A stretch of 53,270 bases of DNA, from the IMG/VR virus record IMGVR_UViG_3300037264_001837, positions 1 through 53,270 of that record, one strand, 5' to 3'. Under the pieces are notes generated by a model, which worked only from the letters and a program-made list of their open reading frames with translations, made no database searches and was not told the origin of the DNA. Source of the stretch: a virus. Taxonomy: Duplodnaviria > Caudoviricetes. A program made the position numbers and the translations under genes. This document shows positions 19,016 to 27,355 of the stretch, piece by piece; position 1 is the first letter of the stretch, and the number at the start of each line of letters is the position of its first letter.

Positions 19016-19393
19016 TCAGTTCTCCGGTACCCAGCCGATGAGGTAAGCGAGATTTGCAGCGACGGTCCACGATGTAGACCATTGAGCCTCAGTATCACCG
19101 TTGAAAACTGGTATCAGAAACGGCGGTGCGGTCATGCGGCCAGCCGCCAAGGCGTCCTCCATGAAGAGGGTAGGGTTGTCAGCGGCGGCCGAAGATCCTG
19201 GACGCCGGAAGTAGAGAGCTAGGTTCCCAGCAACCGGGATGATCCGTACCTTGATGACCGCCAGCTTCGCGCTCAGGGGCAAACCGTGGGTCGCCAGCGG
19301 AACCGCAAGAAACGAGGTCTGCCCTGACCCGATCCATCCGGTGATAGCCACCGGGTCGTCGAGTCGGTGAATCTTGGTCTGAGCCCAGCTCAA
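19016..19393 (-). CDS. hypothetical beta-rich protein (fibre tip-like)
   Basis: TTGA overlap with the upstream fibre-like gene; ends YLIGW. Confidence 0.5.
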   Translation of the reverse strand: MSWAQTKIHRLDDPVAITGWIGSGQTSFLAVPLATHGLPLSAKLAVIKVRIIPVAGNLALYFRRPGSSAAADNPTLFMEDALAAGRMTAPPFLIPVFNGDTEAQWSTSWTVAANLAYLIGWVPEN

Positions 19394-20418
19394 TGAACCC
19401 ACCACCCTTGGTTGGTGCCCTCGCCCTGACAGCGTATGGTGCGGGAATCCAGCGCGCCCGAGAACACCAGACTGGCGGTGCCGTCCTGGATCTCCTCGGT
19501 GCTGTTCGGGTCCAGTGTCACCGTGTTTGCTCCGCGGACGATCTTGAAGTCGTGGACCACGCCGTCAGTGGTCACATCGCACGCCTCCAGGTCGAACTCG
19601 ATCGCCCCCGCGGAGGTGTCCGCGTAGTAGTAGCGCGTCGCCGCCGTGACCACGACCGGGGTGTCCGCGAATACCTTGTCGAAGTCCGCATGCTGGATCT
19701 GCTCGATGATGAGGGTACCGCCGGCCGCGCTCGTCAACGTCATCCCGAGGACGGAAGCAGGCGAGATTGCTGATCCAGGCAAGTACCAGCTCAAGCTCTT
19801 GAAAGGCGCCGTAGACGCTCCGGCGTCGTTCGTGACCCGGACCGAGATCGAGCCGTTGCTCGCGACCCCCGCGAAGTCCTGCTGCGCGTTCGACCCGGTG
19901 CCGGTCGTACCGATCCGAAGCCGCGCCAGCAAGTCGAACTGTGTGCTGCTCCATTGAGCAACATTGCCAGCGTTCTGGAGCGACGGGAGGCCGCCCACCC
20001 CGGTTGTCCACCCGAGTCCCTTCCCTGGTTGGTTCCCGACCGCGTAGCCCACGTTGTTGGTCGAGGTCGAAGTGCTCACGATCGTCGATCCCGCGACGTA
20101 CAGGTTACCGAGCCTGATGAGCTTCCCCGTCGTGCTGTCGAAGACACAGAGATACGCGTCCGTGGCCGAGGCCGGGCCGGTCACGTCCCCGCCGCCGACA
20201 GCTGCAATCGTCCTCGGCTCCCACTTGCCCGAGGCCGTCTGGTAGCTCAGCACCTCGTTGTTGGCGGGGCTCGGCGCGTCGATATCGTGGAGATGCTTTA
20301 GCTTGTGGATCAGGTGCGCGATCCGAGCGGCCCGGCTGGATGAGCTCTGGGCCTCTGCCGTCGCAATCAAGATGGGCAGAGCAGCCAGCAGGGCCGCGAG
20401 CAGAAGTCTCAATCGCAT
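19390..20418 (-). CDS. tail-fibre-like protein with an N-terminal signal peptide
   Basis: L..L.D.....P.NNEVL.Y....GKW.P and GDVTGPASATD..VFD.TTGKLI fibre motifs; MRLRLLLAALLAALPILIATAEA/Q leader. Confidence 0.7.
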   Translation of the reverse strand: MRLRLLLAALLAALPILIATAEAQSSSSRAARIAHLIHKLKHLHDIDAPSPANNEVLSYQTASGKWEPRTIAAVGGGDVTGPASATDAYLCVFDSTTGKLIRLGNLYVAGSTIVSTSTSTNNVGYAVGNQPGKGLGWTTGVGGLPSLQNAGNVAQWSSTQFDLLARLRIGTTGTGSNAQQDFAGVASNGSISVRVTNDAGASTAPFKSLSWYLPGSAISPASVLGMTLTSAAGGTLIIEQIQHADFDKVFADTPVVVTAATRYYYADTSAGAIEFDLEACDVTTDGVVHDFKIVRGANTVTLDPNSTEEIQDGTASLVFSGALDSRTIRCQGEGTNQGWWVH

Positions 20419-20451
20419 GTCCAGCCTCCGGTCTCTCTCTACGGCCTGGGA

Positions 20452-20874
20452 TCAGTCGACCAGCACCACGTTGAAGGCTCCGCTGCCTCCGGCCCGGTCC
20501 CACACGAAGCCCGGAGAGCCGGCCACGTCGAAGAGGAACGCACGACCCGGGGGGATCGGGATCACTTCGGACCAGGTCGCGTCCGCCGGAGCCGTCAGCT
20601 CCGCGTTCGCGACTGGCAGCCCGTTCCGGGTAAACCGGATTAGGAGATCGTTGGTCGCGTCCTCGTTCTCGATGATGACCGAGAGCACGCCAGCGGGGAA
20701 CGTTTCCGCGGTCCCGGTCTGCCCGGTGACGGCCCTGCGGAAATACCGCGCTCCGTCCGGGACGATGCTCGGGTTCAAGGTCGAGGCTGCCTCCAGCGGT
20801 CTAGCCGAGAGCAGCAGAAGCAGGAGCGCCGCGAGCGCGGTCCATACGAAGCCTCCGGGTCGACGGCTGGTCAT
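20452..20874 (-). CDS. secreted beta-sandwich protein (signal peptide)
   Basis: MTSRRPGGFVWTALAALLLLLLSARPLEA/A; GGAGAGGA RBS. Confidence 0.65.
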   Translation of the reverse strand: MTSRRPGGFVWTALAALLLLLLSARPLEAASTLNPSIVPDGARYFRRAVTGQTGTAETFPAGVLSVIIENEDATNDLLIRFTRNGLPVANAELTAPADATWSEVIPIPPGRAFLFDVAGSPGFVWDRAGGSGAFNVVLVD

Positions 20875-20929
20875 GGCGATCCTCTCCGGCGGCGCGGCCG
20901 CCATCCCGTACTCAGTCTAGCCTCCGCGG

Positions 20930-21298
20930 TCAGATCGTGGCGATGAGGTACCAGGCCGGCTGGGTCTCGTGGTCCGAGTACACGTAGAACCCGGGCGGGA
21001 ACTCCCCCACGTTGAGGGCCGTGATCGAGGCCCGCGGGGTCTCGAAGCGCCAGGCCGACTCGACGAACAGCGCGACCTTGCCGGCCTGTCCTGCCCAGGC
21101 CCCGGTCGGCGCGGGCCCGACGGTGTACGCGTCTCCGACCAGGGGCGAGCCCGGGGGCGTGTTCACGTCCATCCCCAGGAGCTTCAGGCCCAGGAACGCG
21201 TCGAGCCGCAGGAAGTTCTCGTTGCCCTGGGACTCCCAGTCCTCGCCGCGGTTCGCTCCATACTTGAGGCCCATATTCGGGCCGGTCTTGAAGGCCAT
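20930..21298 (-). CDS. DUF2793-domain tail protein
   Basis: PP.SP..GD.Y.V...PTGAWAGQ.GKVA....W.F..P. Confidence 0.85.
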   Translation of the reverse strand: MAFKTGPNMGLKYGANRGEDWESQGNENFLRLDAFLGLKLLGMDVNTPPGSPLVGDAYTVGPAPTGAWAGQAGKVALFVESAWRFETPRASITALNVGEFPPGFYVYSDHETQPAWYLIATI

Positions 21299-21315
21299 GG
21301 TCTAGCTCCTCTCGA

Positions 21316-23790
21316 TCACGATCCGGCGCCCCAGGCTACGCCCCAGCCCAAGCCCCACCCGACGCGCTGGATAGTCCGGTCGTGCTTCTGGTACGAAACG
21401 AACCCAGCGCGCAGGCTCTCGAGCTCGAAGCGTAGCTGGTTCTGTACTTCTCCGGAGTCGGCTATCTCGTTCGCCTGGGTGTAGGTATAGCTGGTCCCGG
21501 TCAGCCCGGACTCTGTGCGGATCAAGACGTTGTCGGAATCATAGATCCGGAGCGTGTAGGTCACGCCAGCCTCGGGCCCGATGTTCCCGGCCCCCTGCTG
21601 GATGACCGTGCTCTGCGCCGTCCGGTCCCGGTGCGCCCAGGTCAGCGCCAGCTCGCCCTCGATGTACTCGGGCCAGTAGGCGCCGTTGAGCTTCAGGTTC
21701 CCGGGCGGCAGCGGCCGGAAGGATCGGCGGGTGACGACGTGGTTCCCGATCGTCGCGAGGCCCGAGTCGAGCTCCCCGCGCGGGGTCACAGGGATCAGCC
21801 GCGCGTCCACGGAATCGGACTGGGCGAAGACCCGCTGGCTCGAGAGCTGGCCCTCCGACGAGAACCAGAGCCGCGCGCCGGCCGAGTGCTGGACCGGTAG
21901 CGTGTCGAGCAGGCCGCGCCAGGCGTTGTTCAGGGTCCAGGTCCCGTTCAGGTTGTCGGTGATGGTCTCCCAGGAGATGATCTCCCCATCGAGCAGGGCG
22001 ATGTTCCGGAGCTCCGACGCGATCAGCGCGGCGGTCGTGTTGCTGAGGATCCCGCCGTCCTGCAGATCCTCGACTAGAAGCGTGCCGCTCCCGTCCACGA
22101 AGTCGGTGGACGCGGGGTAGGCGTCGACCAGGGTGGCCGAAGGGGCGAAGGCGCCCATCTCCGCGTCGGCCACGAATGGGTTGGGGCTGATCCGCAGCTC
22201 GAGGTCGGCCTTCGTGGTCGAGGTGTTCGGCCGCACCGCGACCGCGTGGATACGGGCCTCGTCCGGGTCGACCGCGCCCCGGGCTGCCGAGCCGTCGTCC
22301 CGGAGCAGGTAGAGGTACGGCACCTCCCCGAACCGCTGGAGCGTGATCGCCTCGGGGTCCGATACCGGGTCCGTCCACTCGGTCGCGGGCGGCGAGGCGA
22401 AGGCCGAGGTCCCGAGCGAGAAGACATCCTGGAAACACTCCATCTCCACCGCGTAGCGGCCGGGGGCCCCAGGGTTGACGTTCGCCACCCGCATGACGAT
22501 CTGCTCGCCCTGGCGAAGCCGGGCATGGCCCCGGAGCAGGAACACGTCGCCGGGCAGGAACACCATCCCGGCCCGGTTGCTCCGGACCTTGGCCTTGGCG
22601 AGCGGCACCGCGATCGCCCGCAGGTCCCGCCAAGCCAGCTTTGACGCCAGAGTAGAGTCATTCACGCCCGGGTAGTTGCGCCCGCGCTGCGAGACAAGAC
22701 CACGCAAGTCGAAATTGGCTGCATCAAAGGCCTTGGTCGAGCCCTGCTGATAGGCGCTCGCCCGGCTCGTGAACAGCACGCGGACCTCGTTGAAGGTCTC
22801 GGCCCACTCCGTCCGCTGGAACGAGACTAGCTCCGAGTTGCTGGGGTCCAGGATCGGCAGCGTCGACTCGTCGTAGTCGTCGCGGATCAGCTTGAGCTTG
22901 AGCTTGGTTGTGCGCAGGTCGGGAAACAAGACCCCGTCGATCGGCCGGAGCACGGCCTCTTCAATGAAGTCGCCGACGCCCTTGGACTGATCCCAGGTGA
23001 GCGAGAGCCCGAAGGATTCGGCCAGGAGCGTGGCAGCGACGGCCTGGAAGTTGGGCGTGTCCATGGCGTCCACGCTGGCCCCGAGGCCGAAGTCAGGATC
23101 CCGCAAGACCTCGTACACGATCTCCGCGGGGTTCGCGTCCAGGCCGATCGCCCCGAACCCCAGCAGGCTCGGATACCGAGACATCTCGAAGCTCATGGCG
23201 CGCAGGTTCGGAGACTCCCCGACCTCGAGCGTGTTGAGGACCACCGACGTGATGTGCCGAAACCCGGGCGGGTCGACCAGGTGCTGTGCGAGGTGCGGAT
23301 CCACGAGCTGAGTCGGCCCGCCCGGGTAGAAGGTGAGGTTGCCAACCAGCCCGCCGCCACGCTCCGGGCCGCCGAAGAGGGTGGGCTGATTGATGAACAG
23401 GTTGGCCGGGATCCCGAACGAGCCGCTGAACACCTGCCGCTCGTCGACCCACACGCCGTGGATGTTCTGCACCCCGCGGTCGGCTAGCCCGAGGTGGGCG
23501 CTGATGAAGTACCTGTAGCCCGTGGCCGTGTAGTAGGTCTTGCTCTTGAAGAGGCCCTTGACCTTGCTCGCCGTCCACATGGGGACGGTCGAGTAGTTCC
23601 CGTACCAGAGCACTTGCACGCCACGCTGGCGCACGCGGCCGAAGATGACTGGGACCGCGCGACCAGGGTCCGCGGTCGGGATCCCGAACTCGTCGAACCC
23701 TGAAGGCTTGGCGTGCTGGAGCACTGGCTTCGGGCGCAGCAGCTCGCTCAGCAGCGTCAGCCCGATCAGCTTGAGGATGAAGAAAAACAC
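21316..23790 (-). CDS. tail tip / central fibre protein (gpJ-like)
   Basis: PTA..GR.VPVIFG, WYG, DANPAEIVYE, ESFGLS..W, LKLIR.DY, RGLLDT.P..H.AG, L.W.HRDR. Confidence 0.88.
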   Translation of the reverse strand: MFFFILKLIGLTLLSELLRPKPVLQHAKPSGFDEFGIPTADPGRAVPVIFGRVRQRGVQVLWYGNYSTVPMWTASKVKGLFKSKTYYTATGYRYFISAHLGLADRGVQNIHGVWVDERQVFSGSFGIPANLFINQPTLFGGPERGGGLVGNLTFYPGGPTQLVDPHLAQHLVDPPGFRHITSVVLNTLEVGESPNLRAMSFEMSRYPSLLGFGAIGLDANPAEIVYEVLRDPDFGLGASVDAMDTPNFQAVAATLLAESFGLSLTWDQSKGVGDFIEEAVLRPIDGVLFPDLRTTKLKLKLIRDDYDESTLPILDPSNSELVSFQRTEWAETFNEVRVLFTSRASAYQQGSTKAFDAANFDLRGLVSQRGRNYPGVNDSTLASKLAWRDLRAIAVPLAKAKVRSNRAGMVFLPGDVFLLRGHARLRQGEQIVMRVANVNPGAPGRYAVEMECFQDVFSLGTSAFASPPATEWTDPVSDPEAITLQRFGEVPYLYLLRDDGSAARGAVDPDEARIHAVAVRPNTSTTKADLELRISPNPFVADAEMGAFAPSATLVDAYPASTDFVDGSGTLLVEDLQDGGILSNTTAALIASELRNIALLDGEIISWETITDNLNGTWTLNNAWRGLLDTLPVQHSAGARLWFSSEGQLSSQRVFAQSDSVDARLIPVTPRGELDSGLATIGNHVVTRRSFRPLPPGNLKLNGAYWPEYIEGELALTWAHRDRTAQSTVIQQGAGNIGPEAGVTYTLRIYDSDNVLIRTESGLTGTSYTYTQANEIADSGEVQNQLRFELESLRAGFVSYQKHDRTIQRVGWGLGWGVAWGAGS

Positions 23791-23793
23791 CGG

Positions 23794-24609
23794 TCAGCCG
23801 TCCAAGCCCACCGCAAACGGGTTCTTGGTCGGGATCCACGGGTAGCCGCCGTGGTTGGGCAGGTTGTTGAACTTGTCCTTGCACGTCGATCGGAGCCGGT
23901 CGCAACCGGCCGTGGCCGAGATCGAATCCCCCGCGACCGCGGACGTGAACGGCAGCAGGATCGTGATCTGCGAGCCCGAGTGCGCGGTGATGAGCCGCGG
24001 CTCGCCGTTGACCGTGGCCCGCCCACCGGTCAGCCAGCCCGACGGCTGCGCCGAGAACGCGCTCGATGTGATCGTCAGGCCGGAGGCTGAGACAGTCAAG
24101 ATCGAGCCCGTGAGAGTGAACGAGGCGGCGACCACGCTGCACCGCGAGCCGTAGAGCTGCAGGTTGCACGACCGCTCGTAGGTCAGCCGCAGGCCCTCGA
24201 TCGCGAAGCTCGCGGGGATCGGCTCGCAGTGGAGCGTGGCCCGGTCCTGCTCCATGGCCCACTCCGCGTTGCGGACGAAGCCCATCCAGAGGCCCTCGGT
24301 TTCCGGGTCGTCCGCGTGCTTCGCGATGATGCGGAGCGTGATCGGCTCGATCGGTACGAGCCGGCTGAACAGGTCCGCCACCGGGTGGTCCTCCGGCACC
24401 GTGATCTTCATGCGCGGCTGCGAGCTGTGGTCGGATGAGACTACGAAGTCGCCGCGCTCGATCGCCGCGGGCTCGTAGACCTCGCCACCTCCGAGGTCGA
24501 CCTGCACCCCGCCCGAGGTCTGCCGCACCGTGTTCGCACCCCAGGCGAAGGTGTAGAGCTCCAGCTTGCGGCCCTGGTCCTCGCTCTGCTCGAAGTCCTG
24601 GAACGGCAT
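23794..24609 (-). CDS. baseplate hub protein (DUF2163/BR0599 family)
   Basis: C...LYG..C, AGCD....TC..KFNN..N.GG.PWIP. Confidence 0.9.
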   Translation of the reverse strand: MPFQDFEQSEDQGRKLELYTFAWGANTVRQTSGGVQVDLGGGEVYEPAAIERGDFVVSSDHSSQPRMKITVPEDHPVADLFSRLVPIEPITLRIIAKHADDPETEGLWMGFVRNAEWAMEQDRATLHCEPIPASFAIEGLRLTYERSCNLQLYGSRCSVVAASFTLTGSILTVSASGLTITSSAFSAQPSGWLTGGRATVNGEPRLITAHSGSQITILLPFTSAVAGDSISATAGCDRLRSTCKDKFNNLPNHGGYPWIPTKNPFAVGLDG

Positions 24610-24612
24610 CGG

Positions 24613-26106
24613 TCAGATGCTCCTCGTCGGCAGCGTAACAGTGACCAGGCCGTCGGTCAGCCAGCGCAGGTCTAGCGTGTCGGATTCGAGTCGCACCTTC
24701 CCCAGCAGGGAGAGCACCTCGCGGCCTGGGACCAGGGCCTCGCCCGGCGACGCATCGAGGAAGAGCTGGTCGACACCCTCGCCGGCCTCTGCCCATTCAA
24801 GAATCCGGCGGCGGATCGGGGCCGAGCCCGCGCGCTCCCGGATCTCGATGTCCTCGCGACCCAGGTTCTGCCAGGGATCGAGCGTGCTCGGGCCATGACG
24901 CCGGCCATAGAGCTGCGCGCCGCGTACGCCCTTGACCAGCAGCGAGCGGTCCGCGGCCGCGGCGGGGAAGACCAGGTCCAGGTCGCGGTTGCCGCTCGAC
25001 GCGTAGTATGCCCGGCGGCGGCCTTCCCGCAGAGCGAGCCAGGCTCGGAGTTCCAGGATCTCTTCTCGAGACGGGAACGTGAACGCCGGGCCCCGGACCA
25101 CGTCGGGCCGGTCGGTCCGTTGCGTGACCTGGACCGTACCGCCTGACGACGCGAAGCGGCTCTGCAGGCGTTGGTAGGTCTCGTCGAGGTCGGTGTCCCG
25201 GTCCGCCCGCCACGGCAGCACGTCCAGCCCGCGGTACTGGTCCGGGATTACGAGCCCCACCAGGCTCGGGTAGCCGGGGTCGGTCAGCCGGATCGACGCG
25301 TTCCCGGTCCCGCCCTCGGCCGTCTGCCGGGTCCACGTCGCGGACTCCGAGAGCAATCCTTCCCGGACAGGCATCAGCCAGGATCCGCGAGGCCAGGCCC
25401 GCACCGTGCCAAGGTTCACGACCAGGCCTGTGGTCCCGAGGTCCGAGACCTCGACGACCTCATACCAGGAGTCGCGGGCCCCGTAGTCCGCCGCGTTGTA
25501 GTCGGGGGCGAAGATCGCGGCCCGCCCCCCGATCTCGAAGTCCCGAGTCGAGTAGTCGCAGGGGATGACCTGAGACCCGGCGGCAAGCTCCTCGGTCAGC
25601 ACCTGCACGTCCGTCCAGATCGGGATCAGGAGCGTCTGGTCTTGCCACGCGTGAAGGATCGCCTCGACGTGCGGAAGCTGGTCAGGCGTGAGCAGGAACG
25701 GATAGTCGAACGCGCGGACCGGCCGCGTGCGCATCCCGATCCGCTGCTCCGTCCCGTCGTGCGACACGATCACGTCGGTCAGCCAGCCGAGCCGCTCCGT
25801 TACCCCGCTGTCCCAGTTCGGTTGCGCCGGCCAGACCCGGACTGGCTCGACCTGAACACCCGATCGCTGCGAGCGTACCCGCGGCGAGACCGGCGCATAG
25901 GCCTCCAGAGCTCCGGTCGTGAGGGCCCGCGCCCGCGGGGAAGGAACGGGGGTTTCCAGGGACGTAGTCAGTAGGCCCCGGAGCCTCGGGCTCGTCGGCG
26001 CGACCGGAGCGTCGACCGCGGTCTCGAGCGCATCGACCCGCGGTGAGACCGGGGCGCCCGCGCCCTCGGAGGCCGTCAGGAGCTGCTTCGAGCTGGGACT
26101 CGCCAC
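24613..26106 (-). CDS. distal tail-like virion protein
   Basis: PNW...V.E.L.WLTDV..S.DG.EQR...R..P.R, W.L..GR; lies between the TMP region and the hub. Confidence 0.75.
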   Translation of the reverse strand: MASPSSKQLLTASEGAGAPVSPRVDALETAVDAPVAPTSPRLRGLLTTSLETPVPSPRARALTTGALEAYAPVSPRVRSQRSGVQVEPVRVWPAQPNWDSGVTERLGWLTDVIVSHDGTEQRIGMRTRPVRAFDYPFLLTPDQLPHVEAILHAWQDQTLLIPIWTDVQVLTEELAAGSQVIPCDYSTRDFEIGGRAAIFAPDYNAADYGARDSWYEVVEVSDLGTTGLVVNLGTVRAWPRGSWLMPVREGLLSESATWTRQTAEGGTGNASIRLTDPGYPSLVGLVIPDQYRGLDVLPWRADRDTDLDETYQRLQSRFASSGGTVQVTQRTDRPDVVRGPAFTFPSREEILELRAWLALREGRRRAYYASSGNRDLDLVFPAAAADRSLLVKGVRGAQLYGRRHGPSTLDPWQNLGREDIEIRERAGSAPIRRRILEWAEAGEGVDQLFLDASPGEALVPGREVLSLLGKVRLESDTLDLRWLTDGLVTVTLPTRSI

Positions 26107-26116
26107 GGGTCCGCCC

Positions 26117-27349
26117 CTAGACGCTATTGGTGTGGTTGAGCTGGAAGGTCACGCGCTCCTGCTGGTACCGCTGCGTCAGCACGAGGTCTTCCTTCTGCTG
26201 GAACTCGACCCAGACCGGTCCGGCGCTCTCGTCGTCGGTCGCGAGGAATGGGCTGTTGCTGACCCGGTACTCGAACTTGTCAGGCAGGATGTCGTCGGTA
26301 TCCAAGCGCGCGCCCGCGGGCCCGTCGACGAATCTTGCGATGGCCGTGGTGTTGAACTCGACCGGCTGTGTGCCCCAGTCCCAGACCGAGCTGTACATGC
26401 GGCCTGAGAGCGCGGCCGGGTTCGCTAGCAGGTCCACGATCGGCTCGAAGTCCCCAGTGTCTTCTACGATCGTTCCGGTCGAGCCCGCCCCGCCCGGGTC
26501 CTGGTAGGCCGCGTCGTTGGCCCACGACCCGGGCATCCCGGAGCCCGGGACCGGGTTCGGGGCGATGTACCGGCTCTGCAGCCAGCGCGGATCCCACCAG
26601 GGGCCGTGCGCGCCGGTGGCGCCGATCTGGTTCAAGTTCTCGCCCGAGGTCATGAACAGCTCGAACGCGGTGAGGTTCGCGGTACTGAGCCGGAAGTCCC
26701 GCGCTGCCACGTCCCGGAAACCTGGGTTGCTGTTGGGGTTGTTGGTGTTGATCCCGTTCGGCTCGGTGTTCCCGGGGAAAGCGTTGAAGTTTCCGGTGCC
26801 GCCACTCTTCGGAGTGGTCACGTTGACGAAGTAGCAATTGCGGCTGACGGGTCCGCTGACCCCGAGACCTACGCCGCTGAAGCTGCAGTTCTCGACAACC
26901 ATCTCGACCGTGTTGCCGCTCGCTCCGCCGCCGACCCCGACGAAGCCGCCTTCCTGGTAGAAGACGCAGTCGATCAGATGGACGAGCGGACTCCCACCGC
27001 TCAGCCCGAAAGCGAACTTGCCCGAGAGCATGTTCCGCATGTGGATCCCGACGACCTGGATCACCCGCGAGGACGCGAGATACGACGTACCCGTGACGTT
27101 GAACCCCTCGAAGTCGAACGTCACGCGGCCGCGCTGGTGCGGGGTGATCTGCACCGCGTCCCCAATGTTGAAGGTGCCCTCGCCACTGAGCAGCACGGAT
27201 CGCGGGTAGGTCCCGGCCGCGACCAGGATCCGGTCGCCGTCGACCGCGACGACGAGGGCGCGAGTGAGCGTCCGGACCGGGGTCGTGATCGTGAGCCCGT
27301 CGTTCGCGTCGTTCCCCGTGTTAATGCTCCAGTAGACGAGCTTCGCCAT
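26117..27349 (-). CDS. beta-helix (pectin-lyase-like/DUF1565) tailspike-like protein
   Basis: TGNDANDG.T...P.RT...A, GD.I.V..GTY, N.F and NPGF.D....DFRL motifs. Confidence 0.7.
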   Translation of the reverse strand: MAKLVYWSINTGNDANDGLTITTPVRTLTRALVVAVDGDRILVAAGTYPRSVLLSGEGTFNIGDAVQITPHQRGRVTFDFEGFNVTGTSYLASSRVIQVVGIHMRNMLSGKFAFGLSGGSPLVHLIDCVFYQEGGFVGVGGGASGNTVEMVVENCSFSGVGLGVSGPVSRNCYFVNVTTPKSGGTGNFNAFPGNTEPNGINTNNPNSNPGFRDVAARDFRLSTANLTAFELFMTSGENLNQIGATGAHGPWWDPRWLQSRYIAPNPVPGSGMPGSWANDAAYQDPGGAGSTGTIVEDTGDFEPIVDLLANPAALSGRMYSSVWDWGTQPVEFNTTAIARFVDGPAGARLDTDDILPDKFEYRVSNSPFLATDDESAGPVWVEFQQKEDLVLTQRYQQERVTFQLNHTNSV

Positions 27350-27355
27350 GGTGTT

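Noticed and set aside
19016-27349. Diversity-generating retroelement acting on tail genes
   Set aside because: No reverse transcriptase gene and no TR/VR repeat pair were seen.
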